Origin: Octopus vulgaris
Taxonomy: Eukaryota
Assembly: GCA_951406725.2 (NCBI GenBank)
Contig: OX597842.1
Coordinates: forward strand, 33,542,001 to 33,606,000
Reading direction: 5' to 3'
DNA: 64,000 nt
The notes beneath the pieces are model-generated. The model made no database searches. It saw nothing but the letters and a program-made list of their open reading frames with translations, and had not been told where the DNA came from. Made by a program: the position numbers and the translations under genes. Each line of letters opens with the position of its first letter. Positions within the stretch are counted from its first letter, which is position 1. Below are positions 27,664 through 42,570 of the stretch, piece after piece.

Positions 27664-27807
27664 GTTTCTTTATTAGCCACACAGGGCTGCACGCAGACGG
27701 GACAAATTACAAGGTAGAGCTTTTCTTTTGGAGGGTAAAAAAAGGGGGGTTGGTTTTCGATCAAAAGGGATCGTAAAAGGAAAGAAAGAGGGAAGCAAAA
27801 AAGGGGG
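27664..27807 (-). mobile_element. Short 3' end of the Tx1-like element
   Basis: GTTTCTTTATTAGCCACACAGGGCTGCAC... same 3' terminus as 24717 and 49261; here flanked by (TA)n. Confidence 0.85.
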
Positions 27808-27963
27808 ATATATATATATATATATATTTTGATAGTTAGATAGATAGATAGATACTACTATCTACTTATCTATCTATCTATATACCTATCTTTCTATCTA
27901 TCTATATGTCAGTCTGTCTGTCTGCCTCCCTCTATTTAAGTACCTATCCCTACCTAAACACAG

Positions 27964-28018
<55 letters not shown>

Positions 28019-28318
28019 CGCTCCCACATTGTCCATTGCAATGAATGACATTAAAATTCGATTATGCTAAATAATAACCGGTTGATTACATCGACAGGTG
28101 GCGCTGGGGTGCAGCTGTAGCGGTGGTGGAGATGCTGGCGACGGCGATGAGCGATGGCAGCGGATAAGCTTATTGGGGATAATGTCATGATGATGATGAT
28201 GATGATAATGATGGTGGTGGTGGTTGTGGTGGTGGTGGTGGCAGGTCTTAACGATTGCCATCCTAGTAGTGGCACAATTTTTAGTCATTCATGACCGAAT
28301 GGAGTTTTTACTCATTAC

Positions 28319-28386
<68 letters not shown>

Positions 28387-28389
<3 letters not shown>

Positions 28390-28809
28390 ATATATAAACG
28401 GCAGTTTGTCTGTGCGTTTTCTGTGTGTCTGTTTTCTCGTACCCTCACTCTGACCACGGCTTTCAACCGATTCTGATGAAACTTGACACACACATAGCCC
28501 AATGTCATAATTCAAAACTAACGCAGCAAAAATTTTGAAAAGTTCCCCCAGTTCTGAAAATAATCGATAAATTCGACATGGGGGGGCGAGAATCTAAGCT
28601 TTTTATATGCGATATATTTTCTGTTGTAGTTTTTGCAACTTGCAATCGGGAGACAGCTAGGAACATCGTATACACAGAAGTATTCGAGTGAAGAGAAGAC
28701 ATTGCAACCTACACATGCGCCTTCGTTCCCTAGAGGGAAAGAAATAGATTGGGATTAGTCGTTGCCTACTAGGGACTCTTACCCGGGCATCGCCGTGCTA
28801 TGCTGCTAG
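28387..28809 (+). mobile_element. Non-autonomous Helitron
   Basis: A|TCTATATATAAA start, subterminal CCCGGGCATCGCCGTG hairpin remnant, CTGCTAG|T end. Confidence 0.78.
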
Positions 28810-28865
<56 letters not shown>

Positions 28866-29074
28866 TGTCTGTCTGTGTGTGTGTGTATATAAGGCAGTGA
28901 GTTTTATTCCTGGACTGGGCTGTGCATTGTGTTTTTGAGCAAGACACTTTACTCCACGTTACTCAAGTTCACTACAGCGTCGGCACTGGTGTGTGCATAT
29001 GAATAATATTGTTTTTGTACGTGCATATATATACACACAAATATACTTATAAATTGTGTGTGTGTATGTATATA

Positions 29075-29250
29075 CAAACGATAATCTAAACAAGTTTTTT
29101 TCTCTCCGTAATTTTTACCTCTCTTCGCAGATTTCCTGAAGAAGAGCTTAGGCTCGAAATCTCAACGACTTCTATTTTTCCTGAGTGTTAAACTAATTCA
29201 CCTATATGGTGTTCCCTCGTCTGTCTGTCTTTTGCTCAATTTTGAACCAT
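29075..29250 (+). mobile_element. Hammerhead-bearing element (GAGC-stem family), decayed
   Basis: CUGAAGA-a-gagc(uuag)gcuc-GAAA at 29136-29159, then TTTCCTGAGTGT as in the other copies. Confidence 0.6.
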
Positions 29251-29277
29251 ACATATATACATAACTACATACATACA

Positions 29278-29327
<50 letters not shown>

Positions 29328-29372
29328 AAATGTTGAAAGAAAGAAAATGGAGAATAATGGATACATACATAC

Positions 29373-29403
<31 letters not shown>

Positions 29404-29454
29404 CGTACACATATATCATGAACTAACTGCTACTTTCTCAGATGCAGCACGAAG

Positions 29455-29507
29455 ATTTGTCAGTGAACAGGTCGCGGTCTCAAAGCGACGAAAATATTTT
29501 GACAAAT
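29455..29507 (+). ncRNA. Hammerhead ribozyme-like fold with G3:C8 swapped core
   Basis: auuuguca-GUGAACA-g-gucgc(9 nt)gcgac-GAAA-aua-UUU-ugacaaau: 8-bp stem I, 5-bp stem II, palindromic AAUAUU stem III. Second copy at 60257. Confidence 0.6.
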
Positions 29508-30794
29508 TAAATTTCTATGTTGAAGTGAATCTAACGGTTTTTGTGAGTTTTTAAATGGCTTATAAACACCTTCCACCCTTCAATTGTTTTCTTTCCAGCA
29601 CACGATCTCAGATCAAGTCACTCGCTATGCAAGTACATCTCCGTAATATATATATATATATATTTATATATATATGCATATATTTACACATAAACGCACA
29701 TATACATTTATAATGCATATATACATATATAAACGTGCATACATATATACACATATGCATATATGCATACAGGCATACATTGAAATACATATACATATAT
29801 ATATACATGGAGGCACATACATACAATTCTTACATACACATATATATATATATATACATGTATACATACAGATATACAATTCTGCATCTACACACATGTG
29901 TATACACATGCGCACGCGCATACGTGCAGGTATACACGCATAATAATATACATAGATGCATACATACACACATATACATGGTTACATGTATACGAGGATG
30001 TACATTCGCACATACATGCATATATACATACATACGAAAATGTATATAGGCACATACATACACGCATACAAATAGATGCATACACACACACATCCATACA
30101 TTAATTTGTACATACATGCGCACATACATGCCTGCATGCATACACACACATACATGCATGTATACACACATACATACATGCATGCATGCATACATACATG
30201 TATGCACACATACATACATACATGTATGCACACATACATACATACATACGGACATACATAAATACACATACATACATTCATACATAAATATACACACATA
30301 CGTACATATATAGGCACATATATGCATACATACATACATTCATACATACACACACATACATTCATACATATATACACAAACATACACAAAGTCATACATA
30401 CACGCATACAACACGATATACATAAACGTTCACGCTTACACACATTCACAGAGACATACACATACATACATGCATACACCCATATACAGCTATACTCACA
30501 AATATACATACATACATACATACATACATACATACACACATACATACACATACATAAGTTTGTTCGCCTCTAACCAATCCTGGTCGTATTTGACCAATCA
30601 ACCAATCAAATTAAAGCTAATGCATCCATCGAGTGAACACTTCCGCCAGAGGTCTCTGTCAGTCGCCGAAAATAAAAGGCCTAACCGGAACAGATGAATC
30701 ACGCGTTAATCACAGCCGAATTAAGGCTGGGAGTCGGTGATAGGAGCGTCCTCGCCTAATAAGGCTGCATACGTCATTGGAAGGGTGGTTGGGT

Positions 30795-31395
30795 TTTGTT
30801 GTTGTTGTTGGTGGTGGTGGTGGTGGTAGTGGTGGTTGTAATGGTGTTGGTGATGTTGAGGATGGTGGTGGTGGTGGTGGTAGTGGTGGTGGTGGTGATA
30901 GTGGTGGTGGTAGTGGTGTTTGTAATGGTGTTGGTGACGTTGAGGATGGTGGCGGTGGTGGTGGTGGTGGTGATGATGGTAGTGGTGGTTGTAATGGTGT
31001 TGGTGACGTTGAGGATGGTGGCGGTGGTGGTGGTAGTGGTGGTGGTGGTGATGATGGTAGTGGTGGTTGTAATGGTGTTGGTGACGTTGAGGATGGTGGT
31101 GGTGGTGATGATGGTAGTGGTGGTTGTAATGGTGTTGGTGTTGTTGATGGTGGTGGTGGTAGTGTTGGTGGTGGTGATGGTGGTGGTGGTAGTAGTGGTT
31201 GTAATGGTGTTCGTATTGTTGAGGATGGCGGTGGTGGTGGTGGTGGTTGTAATGGCTTTCGTGTTGTTGAGGGTGGAGCTGGTGGTTGTATTAGTGGTGG
31301 TTGTATTAGTGGCAGTTGTGGTGTTAGATGTGGCGGTGGTGTTGGTTGTGGTGGTGGTGGTGGTGATTGTGGTGGTGGTGGTCGTCGTCGTGATG
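30795..31395. repeat. (GGT/GTT)n compound repeat with a ~60-bp higher-order unit
   Basis: TGTAATGGTGTTGGTGACGTTGAGGATGG recurs. Confidence 0.9.
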
Positions 31396-31504
31396 GCTGC
31401 ATTGATGGTGACAGTGGTGGTGATAGCAGTGTTGGTAGATGTTGTGGTTGAATTCGTAGTGGTGTTAGTTATTGAGTGACATTGGTGAATTATCTTATAC
31501 AAAA

Positions 31505-31887
31505 CTAGCAGTATCGCCCGGCATTGCTCGGGTTTGTTTCGACCCTTTAGAATTGGAATTTTTGAAAGACAAATCTTTTACATTATGTAGCTTGTTATTC
31601 TCTTTAAGTGAACATTTTTCTGGTTGAAATACACCGAAAAATGGCGACACAGCAGTAAAAAAATCGTAATAAATAGGGATTTTCATAGAAAAAACCCCAC
31701 ATTTTTTATGTAAATAATTTTTGGTCTTTACATGGTCCGATTTGAATATTTTCTCCTAGGGAAGGAAGAACAAGCCTTCTTCTATCATACTCTCAAATTT
31801 GGTCAGAGTCTCGGAGGAGATAGTGTTAGTTGAAGGCTACCAAACCTGCCACACACACGGACAACTTCAGCTTTATATATAGAGAGA
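31505..31887 (-). mobile_element. Non-autonomous Helitron
   Basis: Minus strand A|TCTCTCTATATATAAAG ... ACAAACCCGAGCAATGCCGGGCGATACTGCTAG|T. Confidence 0.87.
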
Positions 31888-32165
31888 TGTTATTTAGATA
31901 TAAACTTGATCGGGGGCGTTACTTACTCTAACATTGCCATAAAGTTTGAGGTAAACTTTTTTCTACTGGACCAAATCTCAATTTTTTTATGCCAAAAGGT
32001 AGTTAGGGACCAGTCCTCTACAAAAATGTTAACTGTTTTCAATTTGGTTAAGAACTGAATTAGCAACAAGCTCTGAGAGATGCTGTGTGCGAATAAATTA
32101 CGGCCTTAATATTATTCAACTACTACCGTAGTTGAATGATACAAAATGTCATAGTTATAAGTCTA

Positions 32166-32761
32166 CTAGCAGTATCGCCCGGCGTTGCTCGGGTTTGTTT
32201 CCACCCTTTAGAATTGGAATTTTTGAAAAGTAAAACATTTTGCATTATGTAGCTTGTTATTCTCTTTAAGTGAACATTTTTCTGGTTGAAATACACCGAA
32301 AAATGGTGATACAGCAGTCAAAAAGTCGTAAAAAAATAGGGATTTTCATAGAAAAAAGCACCCTTTTGATGTAAATAATTTTTGGTGTTAACATGGTCCA
32401 ATTTGAATTTTTTCTTTTACGGAATGAAGAGCAAGCCTTCTTCTATCATACGTTCAAATTTGGTCAACTTGCGCCGCAGGGTCTCGGAGGAAATAGTGTT
32501 AGTTGAAGGCTACCAAACCTGCCATACGTCGTAAAATATAGAGATTTTCATAGAAAAAAAGCACCTTTTTGATGTAAATAATTTTTGGTGTTAACATGAT
32601 CCGATTTGAATTTTATCTTCTACTGAAGGAAGAGCAAGCCTTCTTCTATCATACCCTCAATTTTGGTCAACTTGCGCCTCAGGGTCTCGGAGGAGATAGT
32701 GTTAGTTGAAGGCTACCAAACCTGCCATACACAGACAACTTCAGCTTCATATATAGATAGA
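32166..32761 (-). mobile_element. Non-autonomous Helitron with a ~200-bp internal duplication
   Basis: Same family as 31505; segment ~32325-32527 is repeated at ~32528-32730. Confidence 0.87.
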
Positions 32762-33486
32762 TTTGAGACAGTTTTCCCCTGCATATCCAAAACATTTTTA
32801 CAAATTTGTTTGAAACAACCACCTTCAGTCTTTTAGTTACCCCTGGTTTCTATGTTCTGATTAATATAAAGGTTTCCTTTCATAAGTCCCAAATGATTCT
32901 CTGGTGATTGAAAAAAAAGATTTGGGGATTGTGTATCAAATACGTATGGATGCCAGGGAAATAATTCCAGTGTATTGTGCGACGCACCGGACAGGCAAAG
33001 AGTTAATATAAAACTAAATCGGCCGATTAATTTACGAATCACTTCAGAGGCTGGCAACAAGAGGAGGTGGGTTCAGACAACAACAACAACAGCAACAAAA
33101 ACAACAGCTAAAACAGCAACAAAGACCGCAAGAACAATCACACCCAGTGTGCATCGAGCGTTGCACGATCATCATCATCATCATCAACATCATCATTTTT
33201 TTTCTGTTATTTTTTTTTGCCACAGAAAGACCCTAAACGCCGTCTCTAATTACACATTGAACGGGGTGGAAGGACGGAAGTTGTGTGACACCACGCCCTT
33301 CTGTAACACTGGAAATTCACTCAAAACAAAGAAACGAGAGGAGATGAGAGAATGAGGGGAGAGAGGGAGAGGAAGGTCGGGGGGCAAAATGGCTGCCAAA
33401 ATGAATAAATAAGGAAATGAATAAAGCAAATAAGCTAACAAGAACCACGTTGCCAGAATTTGGTTTTGCAACAAGGACAGACCTTT

Positions 33487-34694
<1,208 letters not shown>

Positions 34695-34899
34695 CCTTTC
34701 TACTAAAGGCACAAGGCCAGCAAGTTTTTGGGGAAAGGGATTAAGTCGATTACATCGACGCAAGAGATAAACTGGTATTTAATTTTATTGACCTCGAAAT
34801 GATGAAAAGGTAAGTCAACCTCAGCGGAATTTGAACACAGAACGTAGCAATGGACGAACTACCGCTAAGCGTTTCGTCCAGCATACCAACGATTCTTCC

Positions 34900-34900
<1 letters not shown>
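34695..34900 (-). mobile_element. SINE family C (alternative tail)
   Basis: Family C body; tail ...GGCCTTGTGCCTTTAGTAGAAAGG followed by (ATT)n. Confidence 0.8.
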
Positions 34901-34972
<72 letters not shown>

Positions 34973-35139
34973 ACAAAGGGTAAAATTAATTAATTAAGAA
35001 GTAATCAATAATTTCACCAAGTAGAATTCGGCACGAAAAAGGACCATTTCATGGTAAGCTTAAGTAATACTTAATAATTAGGGTTCAGCAAAGATTTGGT
35101 ATGTGGTAAAGCAAATCTTTGCTGAACCCTAATTATAAA

Positions 35140-35190
<51 letters not shown>

Positions 35191-35193
<3 letters not shown>

Positions 35194-35573
35194 TTACTTT
35201 TTACTTGTTTCAGTCATTTGACTGCGGCCATGCTGGAGCACCGCCTTTAGTCGAGCAAATCGACCCCGGGACTTATTCTTTGTAAGCCCAGTACTTATTC
35301 TATCGGTTCTCTTTTGCCGAACGCTATGTGACGGGGGACGTAAACACATCAGCATCGGTTGTCAAGCAATGCTAGGGGGACAAACACAGACACACACACA
35401 TACATATATATATACATATATACGACAGGCTTCTTTCAGTTTCCGTCTACCAAATCCACTCACAAGGCTTTGGTCGGCCCGAGGCTATAGTAGAAGACAC
35501 TTGCCCAAGATGCCACGCAGTGGTACTGAACCTGGAACCATGTGGTTGGTTAGCAAGCTACTTAACACACAGC

Positions 35574-35576
<3 letters not shown>
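35191..35576 (-). mobile_element. SINE family A
   Basis: Homologous to the other family A copies. Confidence 0.88.
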
Positions 35577-35607
<31 letters not shown>

Positions 35608-35946
35608 GTTTTCGAGGATATTTATGTAAGTAAAATTACATAATTTATTAACGATGAAACAATTATATGGGGTTAATCTATATTTTCGTTATTTTTCATT
35701 TGTCCTGCTCGCTTACGTTCTTGCTGTGTTGAATTATTTCTTGAGAACAATTCTTAGTGGTGGATTCCCTTTGCGGATATATATCTAGCGTAAGAGCGTC
35801 CACATAGTGGATTCTCTCTTATAGTTGTGTATATATATATATATTGGTAAAACGGTAAGATAACAAAAGAAAGAAAGAGACCTCAATATTATGTAAATAG
35901 ATGAAATTTATCTATAAAATAATATGTTACAATTACTCAATAGTCA

Positions 35947-36007
35947 AGATAAAACTGAGTTTCAGACGCCGAAGTGGAAATCCACAACACCATCTCTTCG
36001 GTTATCT
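35947..36007 (-). ncRNA. Candidate hammerhead fold (CCGAAGA core)
   Basis: agauaa-CCGAAGA-long stem II-u-GAAAC(uca)GUU-uuaucu, inside a short insert between (TA)n and (TG)n. Confidence 0.45.
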
Positions 36008-36012
36008 GGCTA

Positions 36013-36074
<62 letters not shown>

Positions 36075-36443
36075 TATGTGTGTGTTTGTGTTTGTGTGTG
36101 TGTGTATGCTTTTATTCACATGCAATCTCACACATCCAATCTACCTGCCTAAATAGCTTGCTAGCAAGCCAGCTGTCTTGCTAGGTAGCTATCTGTTGTC
36201 TCTCTGGTTGTCAATCTTTATATCTTTAAAATCTAGCTTGTTTAGGTATCAATGTGTCTGCCTGCCAGCCTGTCGGTAGATCTGTCTGTCTGTCTGTCTG
36301 TGTGTCCTCACAACGTGTCTCCATACCTCATTAAAATTTCGCTGCCTTCCAGAAACAAACAATAAGCGCTGTGCCTCCCTTAAAAAGTTTTTTGCAACAC
36401 ACGCACATCAGCTCATAAACTGACACGTATATACACACACATA

Positions 36444-36477
<34 letters not shown>

Positions 36478-36484
36478 CATACAT

Positions 36485-36555
<71 letters not shown>

Positions 36556-36707
36556 CATATATACATATATATATATACATATATATATACACATATATAT
36601 ATACACATACACGCATATATTAGCAGATATCTTCATATATATGTATAAACTTACATATATACACATGCATACATATAAATATATGAAGATATATATATAC
36701 ACACATA

Positions 36708-36764
<57 letters not shown>

Positions 36765-36767
36765 CGA

Positions 36768-36857
<90 letters not shown>

Positions 36858-37747
36858 GCTTATATATAAATATATATACGAATATATATATACACACACA
36901 AATACAGAGACACCACATGCAGTACCACCCAAGGACACCCACACGTCCTTCCTCTTCGTCTCCCTGAATTCTACTCCCACCGTTGTCCCTTAAACCTTCC
37001 TTCATAGCTCTCAGAGGTTTCGCTTGAGAACAGGAACCCTCTGCTGGTGCTGCTGCACTTGACTGAGGTATTCTGATGGTGGCAGCGTGGTGCGTTCTCA
37101 TTTCATTGGTGGCGGTGTAAATCGTGAATGGTTATAGTGGTGGCTTGGTTCGATGGCGTAGTGAAGATGACATCGTGTGCTGGTGAGGTTCTTTTAAGTG
37201 TGTTCGATGTAGTAGCAGTTTTGGCGGCGTGATGTGGTGGTGAATAATTTGATGGTGGTGAATAATTTATTTTATTACTCAAAATGGTTTTGACATTCTT
37301 CTACATTCTCTGGTATTTTTCCTACTGTTTTGAAGTGAGATTATAATCTCACCAGACCAGATGTTTAATGTGTATTTGTTGTTGTGTGAGCATCGTGACA
37401 ACATCTCATGTTTTTTGTTAATAAGGAATATTCGTTCCCTAAATGTATTTGTTTTGTTCCCTAAATGTATTTGTTTATCATTTACTAAAGCAAAAGAACC
37501 AAATTATATTTCCTTTCAATTACACCCACCGTAATGTCTTCAAAGCTTCACACTTGACATGTTATAATTAACAGCCAAATGAGCCTCATATTACAGCATG
37601 CAGTTTCAGAAGAAGGGGGAAAAACGATACATTTGGTAAAGTAAAAGAAATCCCTACAAATCCCTAATTACGGATAGAACTGTTAAGAAATGGAATTCTT
37701 CGTTATTGTGCGGCTCATGGAGATAACTGAAATAGTACTAGAAATAA

Positions 37748-37895
37748 TGGTTTCAAACTTTGATACAACGCCAGCAATATCGGGATTGTGGGTAAGTCGA
37801 TTACACTGACCCGAGTTTGTGACTGGTATTAATTTATCGATACCGAAAAGATGAATGGCAAAATAGACCTCGGCGGAATTTGAACTCAGAACTTA
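37748..37895 (-). mobile_element. Degenerate SINE family C
   Basis: CCTCGGCGGAATTTGAACTCAGAAC on the plus strand. Confidence 0.7.
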
Positions 37896-38769
37896 AAGAT
37901 GGAGTACTCTCTCGCAAAAAGAAGTTGTATGAACGTTCAGGATTTACCAAGTAACCTGCAGAAATGGTTCGTTTATAGTGATCAAATGTTGGCGCCGCAT
38001 TTTGGCTCAAGATGGAGTTGTCCCCATCACACCAAAGGAAAGCCTACCACAAGCACAGACGATGTACACCTGAAGTATGATCCATAATGTTTATATATAT
38101 ATATATGTATATATATATACACACATATATATGTACATATATACACACATATATATATGTACATATATACACACATATATATATGTATATATATATATAC
38201 ACATATATATATATGTATATATGTATATATATATATATGCATATATGTACATATATATATATGCATATGTGTACATATATATATATATATGTATACATGT
38301 ACATATGTATATATGCATATACGTACATATATATATATATATGCATATATGTACATATATATATATATATATGCATATATGTACATATATATATACCCAT
38401 GTACCCTCACATATACATACAGACCCATATAAAAATGTTTTCGTAAATACGCCATATACATGTGTGTGTGTGTGTGTCTGTCTGTCAGTGTGTGTGTACA
38501 CACAGTCTTATATACACACAAGGAATCCAGACGCGAGGACGCACAGCTCCCCATACAGGCAAGCGCGCGCATTACAAAAGGCGGTGACGCACAGACATTA
38601 AAACACATTACGAAACAACATTTCTCCCTGTAACAAACACGACAACAACAACGCCAACAACAACAACAGTACGTAACGGGTATTATCGCGAGATCTAATG
38701 ATAACAACACAATAATAGCGAGAAACACACGAGATGATCTCTTCGTACCACCTCCTTCTCTCACACTGT

Positions 38770-39330
38770 CTCTCTCTCTCTTCTTCTCCCCGTCTCCTTC
38801 TCTCACACTGTCTCTCTCTTCTTCTTTCTTTCTCTCTCTCTTTCTCTCTCTTCTTTCTCTCTCTCTCTCTCTTCTTTCTCTCTATTCTTTCTCTCTTTCT
38901 GTCTTTCTCTTCTTTCTCTCTTTCTCTCCCTTCTTTCTCTCTCTCCTTCTTTCTCTCTTTCTCTCCCTCTCTCTTCTTCTTTCTTTCTCTCTTTCTCTCT
39001 CTCTCTTTCTCTCTTTTTTTCTCTCTCTTCTTTCTCTCTCTTCTTTCTCTCTTTCTTTCTTTCTCTCTTTCTCTCTCTTCTTTCTCTCTCTCTCTCTTCT
39101 TCTTTCTTTCTCTCTTTCTCTCTCTCTCTTTCTCTCTTTTTTCTCTCTTCTTTCTCTCTTTCTCTCTTTCTCTCTCTTCTTTCTCTCTCTCCTTCTTTCT
39201 CTCTCTTCTTTCTCTCTTTTTCTCTCTTCTTTCTCTCTTTCTCTCTCTTCTTCTTTCTCTCTCTCTTCTTCTCTTTCCCCCTCTCTCTCTTCTTCTCTCT
39301 CTTTCTCTCTCTCTCTCTTTCTCTCTCTCT
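38770..39330. repeat. (TC/TTC)n polypyrimidine tract
   Basis: Direct reading. Confidence 0.95.
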
Positions 39331-39569
39331 CTACCTCTGTATGTGTGTCACTGTGACTGTCTATCGTTCTATATATCATGCCCTTTTGTTTCTCTCCTCT
39401 TCGCTCCTTCTTACCGTTTATGTAATAAAAACAACAAAACAATAGCAAGACACACTAGGTGGTCCCCCTAATCTGTGTTTGTATATGTGGATATATACAT
39501 ATACATACATACATATATACATACATACATACATAGATACATACATACATATATATATATACATACATA

Positions 39570-39601
<32 letters not shown>

Positions 39602-40214
39602 CATATATATACATACATACATATATACATAAATGCATACATATATACATAAATGCATACAAATATACATAAATGCATACATATATACATACATATATAC
39701 ATAAATACATACATAAATACATACATATATACATAAATACATACATAAATACATACATATATATATATACATACATATATATACATATATACATACATAC
39801 TTATACATATATACATACTTACACATATATACATACTTACACATATATACATACATATATATATATATATACGTCTGTATCCATCTCTCTCTTTGTCTCT
39901 ATTACACACTCTGCCCTCTGTGTCTCATCTTCGTCGTCTTTCGTTGTCTACCTACTCCTCCACCCTCATCCCGTGCGCAACCTTCTCGCGCGACGGAAGG
40001 TATCAGCCGGAAGTCACTTGACTCAGCGTGCCCCATACTTAGCCTGAGGGGATACCTCCGTTTCGTGGCGTCGAGGCGGAGACTTGGTGAGGATGGAAGT
40101 CGCTGGTGAGGAGGGGCGTTACGTTGGGGACGTATGTTCCTTATCATCATGGGAGTTGTTGTCATGGCGACAGTGGTGCTATCAACTATTCACATACATA
40201 TACATGTTTTTGGG

Positions 40215-40261
<47 letters not shown>

Positions 40262-40262
40262 G

Positions 40263-40327
<65 letters not shown>

Positions 40328-40357
40328 TGTGTATATATATATGTATATATATGTATG

Positions 40358-40465
<108 letters not shown>

Positions 40466-41229
40466 GTGGTTAGCTGCTTGGTGTCACACTGTGTGAAATG
40501 TAATTTAGCGAAAGTAAGTACTCAATACTGGAAGTAAAGTGGAATAATTATTTTAAATCTGTGTCTGCTTGATTCCGCATGTTATATATGGTGACGTTAT
40601 AAAAAAGATGAACGGAGGACATGTTTTGAGATGTAAATACTAATTACAAACACGTGTATACGTACATACATACATACATAAATACACACATACATATACA
40701 CGCTGAAAAGTGAAAATTTGTGCTCAACACCGCATTGGTGGATAAATGTCCTTTATTTGTGGGTTAAAAGAGCTACCAATGGTTTCGCGTAAGAGGACAC
40801 ACTTTACAATTGTCATAGCTGCCACATGGGAACAATGGTCCTCGTCTCATATATATATATATATATATATATATGAGACGAGGACCATTGTTCGGGTGTA
40901 GCATCCACGATTGCAAGATCGTGTGTTCGATTTCCACACCGGGCGTTGTGTTGTGTTCTTGAGCAAAGCACTTCATTTCACATTGCTGTGCGATTGTTTC
41001 GTCGTATGACATGTGGCACATGGTGCACCTGTACAGGTAATGTCGATTTGATGGAAGGAGTGAGCTTATGTCTACACAAAAATTTGATCATTGCTTTTTT
41101 TTACATATATATATATATATATATATTTTTAAACTGTATTAAGTAATTCTCATAGACTTCTTCCCTAAACACTTCTTGGCGCTGACATTTCTTCTCTCTC
41201 TCTCTCTCTCTCTCTCTCGAATGTAAAGA

Positions 41230-41411
41230 CGGGCGAAATGCTTTGCGCATTTCGTCCGTCTTTACATTCTGAGTTCAAATTCCGCCGAGGTCAACTTTGT
41301 CTTTCATCCTTTCGGGGTCGATAAATGAAGTACCAGTTGAGTACTGTGGGTTGATGTTATCGATTAGTCCATTCCCCCCAAATTTCAGGCCTTGTGCCTT
41401 TATTAGAAAGG
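41230..41411 (+). mobile_element. SINE family C (alternative tail)
   Basis: Family C body plus CAGGCCTTGTGCCTT tail. Confidence 0.82.
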
Positions 41412-41437
41412 TTTATTGATACAAGAATAAATAATTA

Positions 41438-41788
41438 GGCTCAGGCGTAGCAGTGTGGTAAAAAGCCTGCTTCCCAACCACACGGTTCCGGGTTCAGTCC
41501 CACTGCGTGGCACCTTAGGTAAGTTGTCTTTTACTATATCCTCAGACCAACCATAGCCTTGTGAGTGGATTTGGTAGACGGAAACTGAAAGAAGCTCATC
41601 GAAATTATGTGCGTGTGTCGCACCACTGTTTGACAACCGGTGTTGGTGTGTGTACGTCCTCTGAGTTATCGCTCCGGGAAAAGTTCGGCTTAAAAATGTA
41701 CTGGGATGGATTCATTCGACTAAAAATTCTACGAGGGGGTGCCCCAGCATGGCCGCAGTCTAATATGACTGAAACAAGTAATAAAAGA
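41438..41788 (+). mobile_element. SINE family A, older diverged copy
   Basis: Head and tail recognisable; no internal (TA)n expansion. Confidence 0.82.
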
Positions 41789-41940
41789 TGAAACACTTTA
41801 CAAATTTCGGGCCTCAAAATCGTAACCAACAAGACACTGAAATAATGGTTCTGAAATTAGTATACAATGCATATGATGTAGTCCTTGATACACTTGGCCA
41901 GATGAAAAATTTATGTGGACACATCCAAACAACGACGACG

Positions 41941-42570
41941 ACAACTATAGCCGTTAATAGTAACTACTATACTATACATTAGATAATCTAGTCCTAGATA
42001 CACTATGCCTGAATAAAAGACAGGATGGTCACATTTGGAATATCTTTGATCATAGGTCTGCCTGGATCAGGACTGACTTGGGGCTAAACAACAAAAAAAA
42101 ACAACTATTGCCACTAATACTAACTCCTATGCTATACATTAGATAACGTATTCCTAGATACACTATGCCTGAATGAAAAATGGGAAGGTCACAGCTGGAA
42201 CGTCTTTGATCATAGGTCTGTCTGGATCAGCACTGACCTGGGGTTAAACAATAACAACTATAACCACTAATACTAATTGCAATACTATACATTAGATACT
42301 GTAGTCCTAGATACACTATACCTGAATAAAAGATGGGATGGTCACAGTTGGAACGTCTTTGATAATAGGTCTGTCTGGATCAGGACTGACATCGGGCTAG
42401 ACAACAACAACTATAGCCACTAATACTTACTACTATACTATACATTAGATAATGTAGTCCTAGATACACTATACCTGAATAAAAGATGGGATGGTCACAG
42501 TTGGAACGTCTTTGATCATAGGTCTGTCTGGATCAGGACTGACCTGGGGCGAAACAACAACAGCAACTAC
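41941..42570 (+). repeat. ~153-bp tandem repeat x4 (retroposon-tail-like unit ending in (AAC)n)
   Basis: CATTAGATA at 41977, 42137, 42290, 42443. Confidence 0.92.

Noticed and set aside
28091-28106. CTCF-like motif CAGGTGGCGC (also AGAGGGCGC at 26885)
   Set aside because: Partial single motif matches are expected by chance.
30710-31502. Extensin- or mucin-like P/T/G-rich ORFs (also 43094-45469, including the acidic 44416-44790)
   Set aside because: (GGT)n and (GAR/GAY)n simple repeats; no unique coding context.
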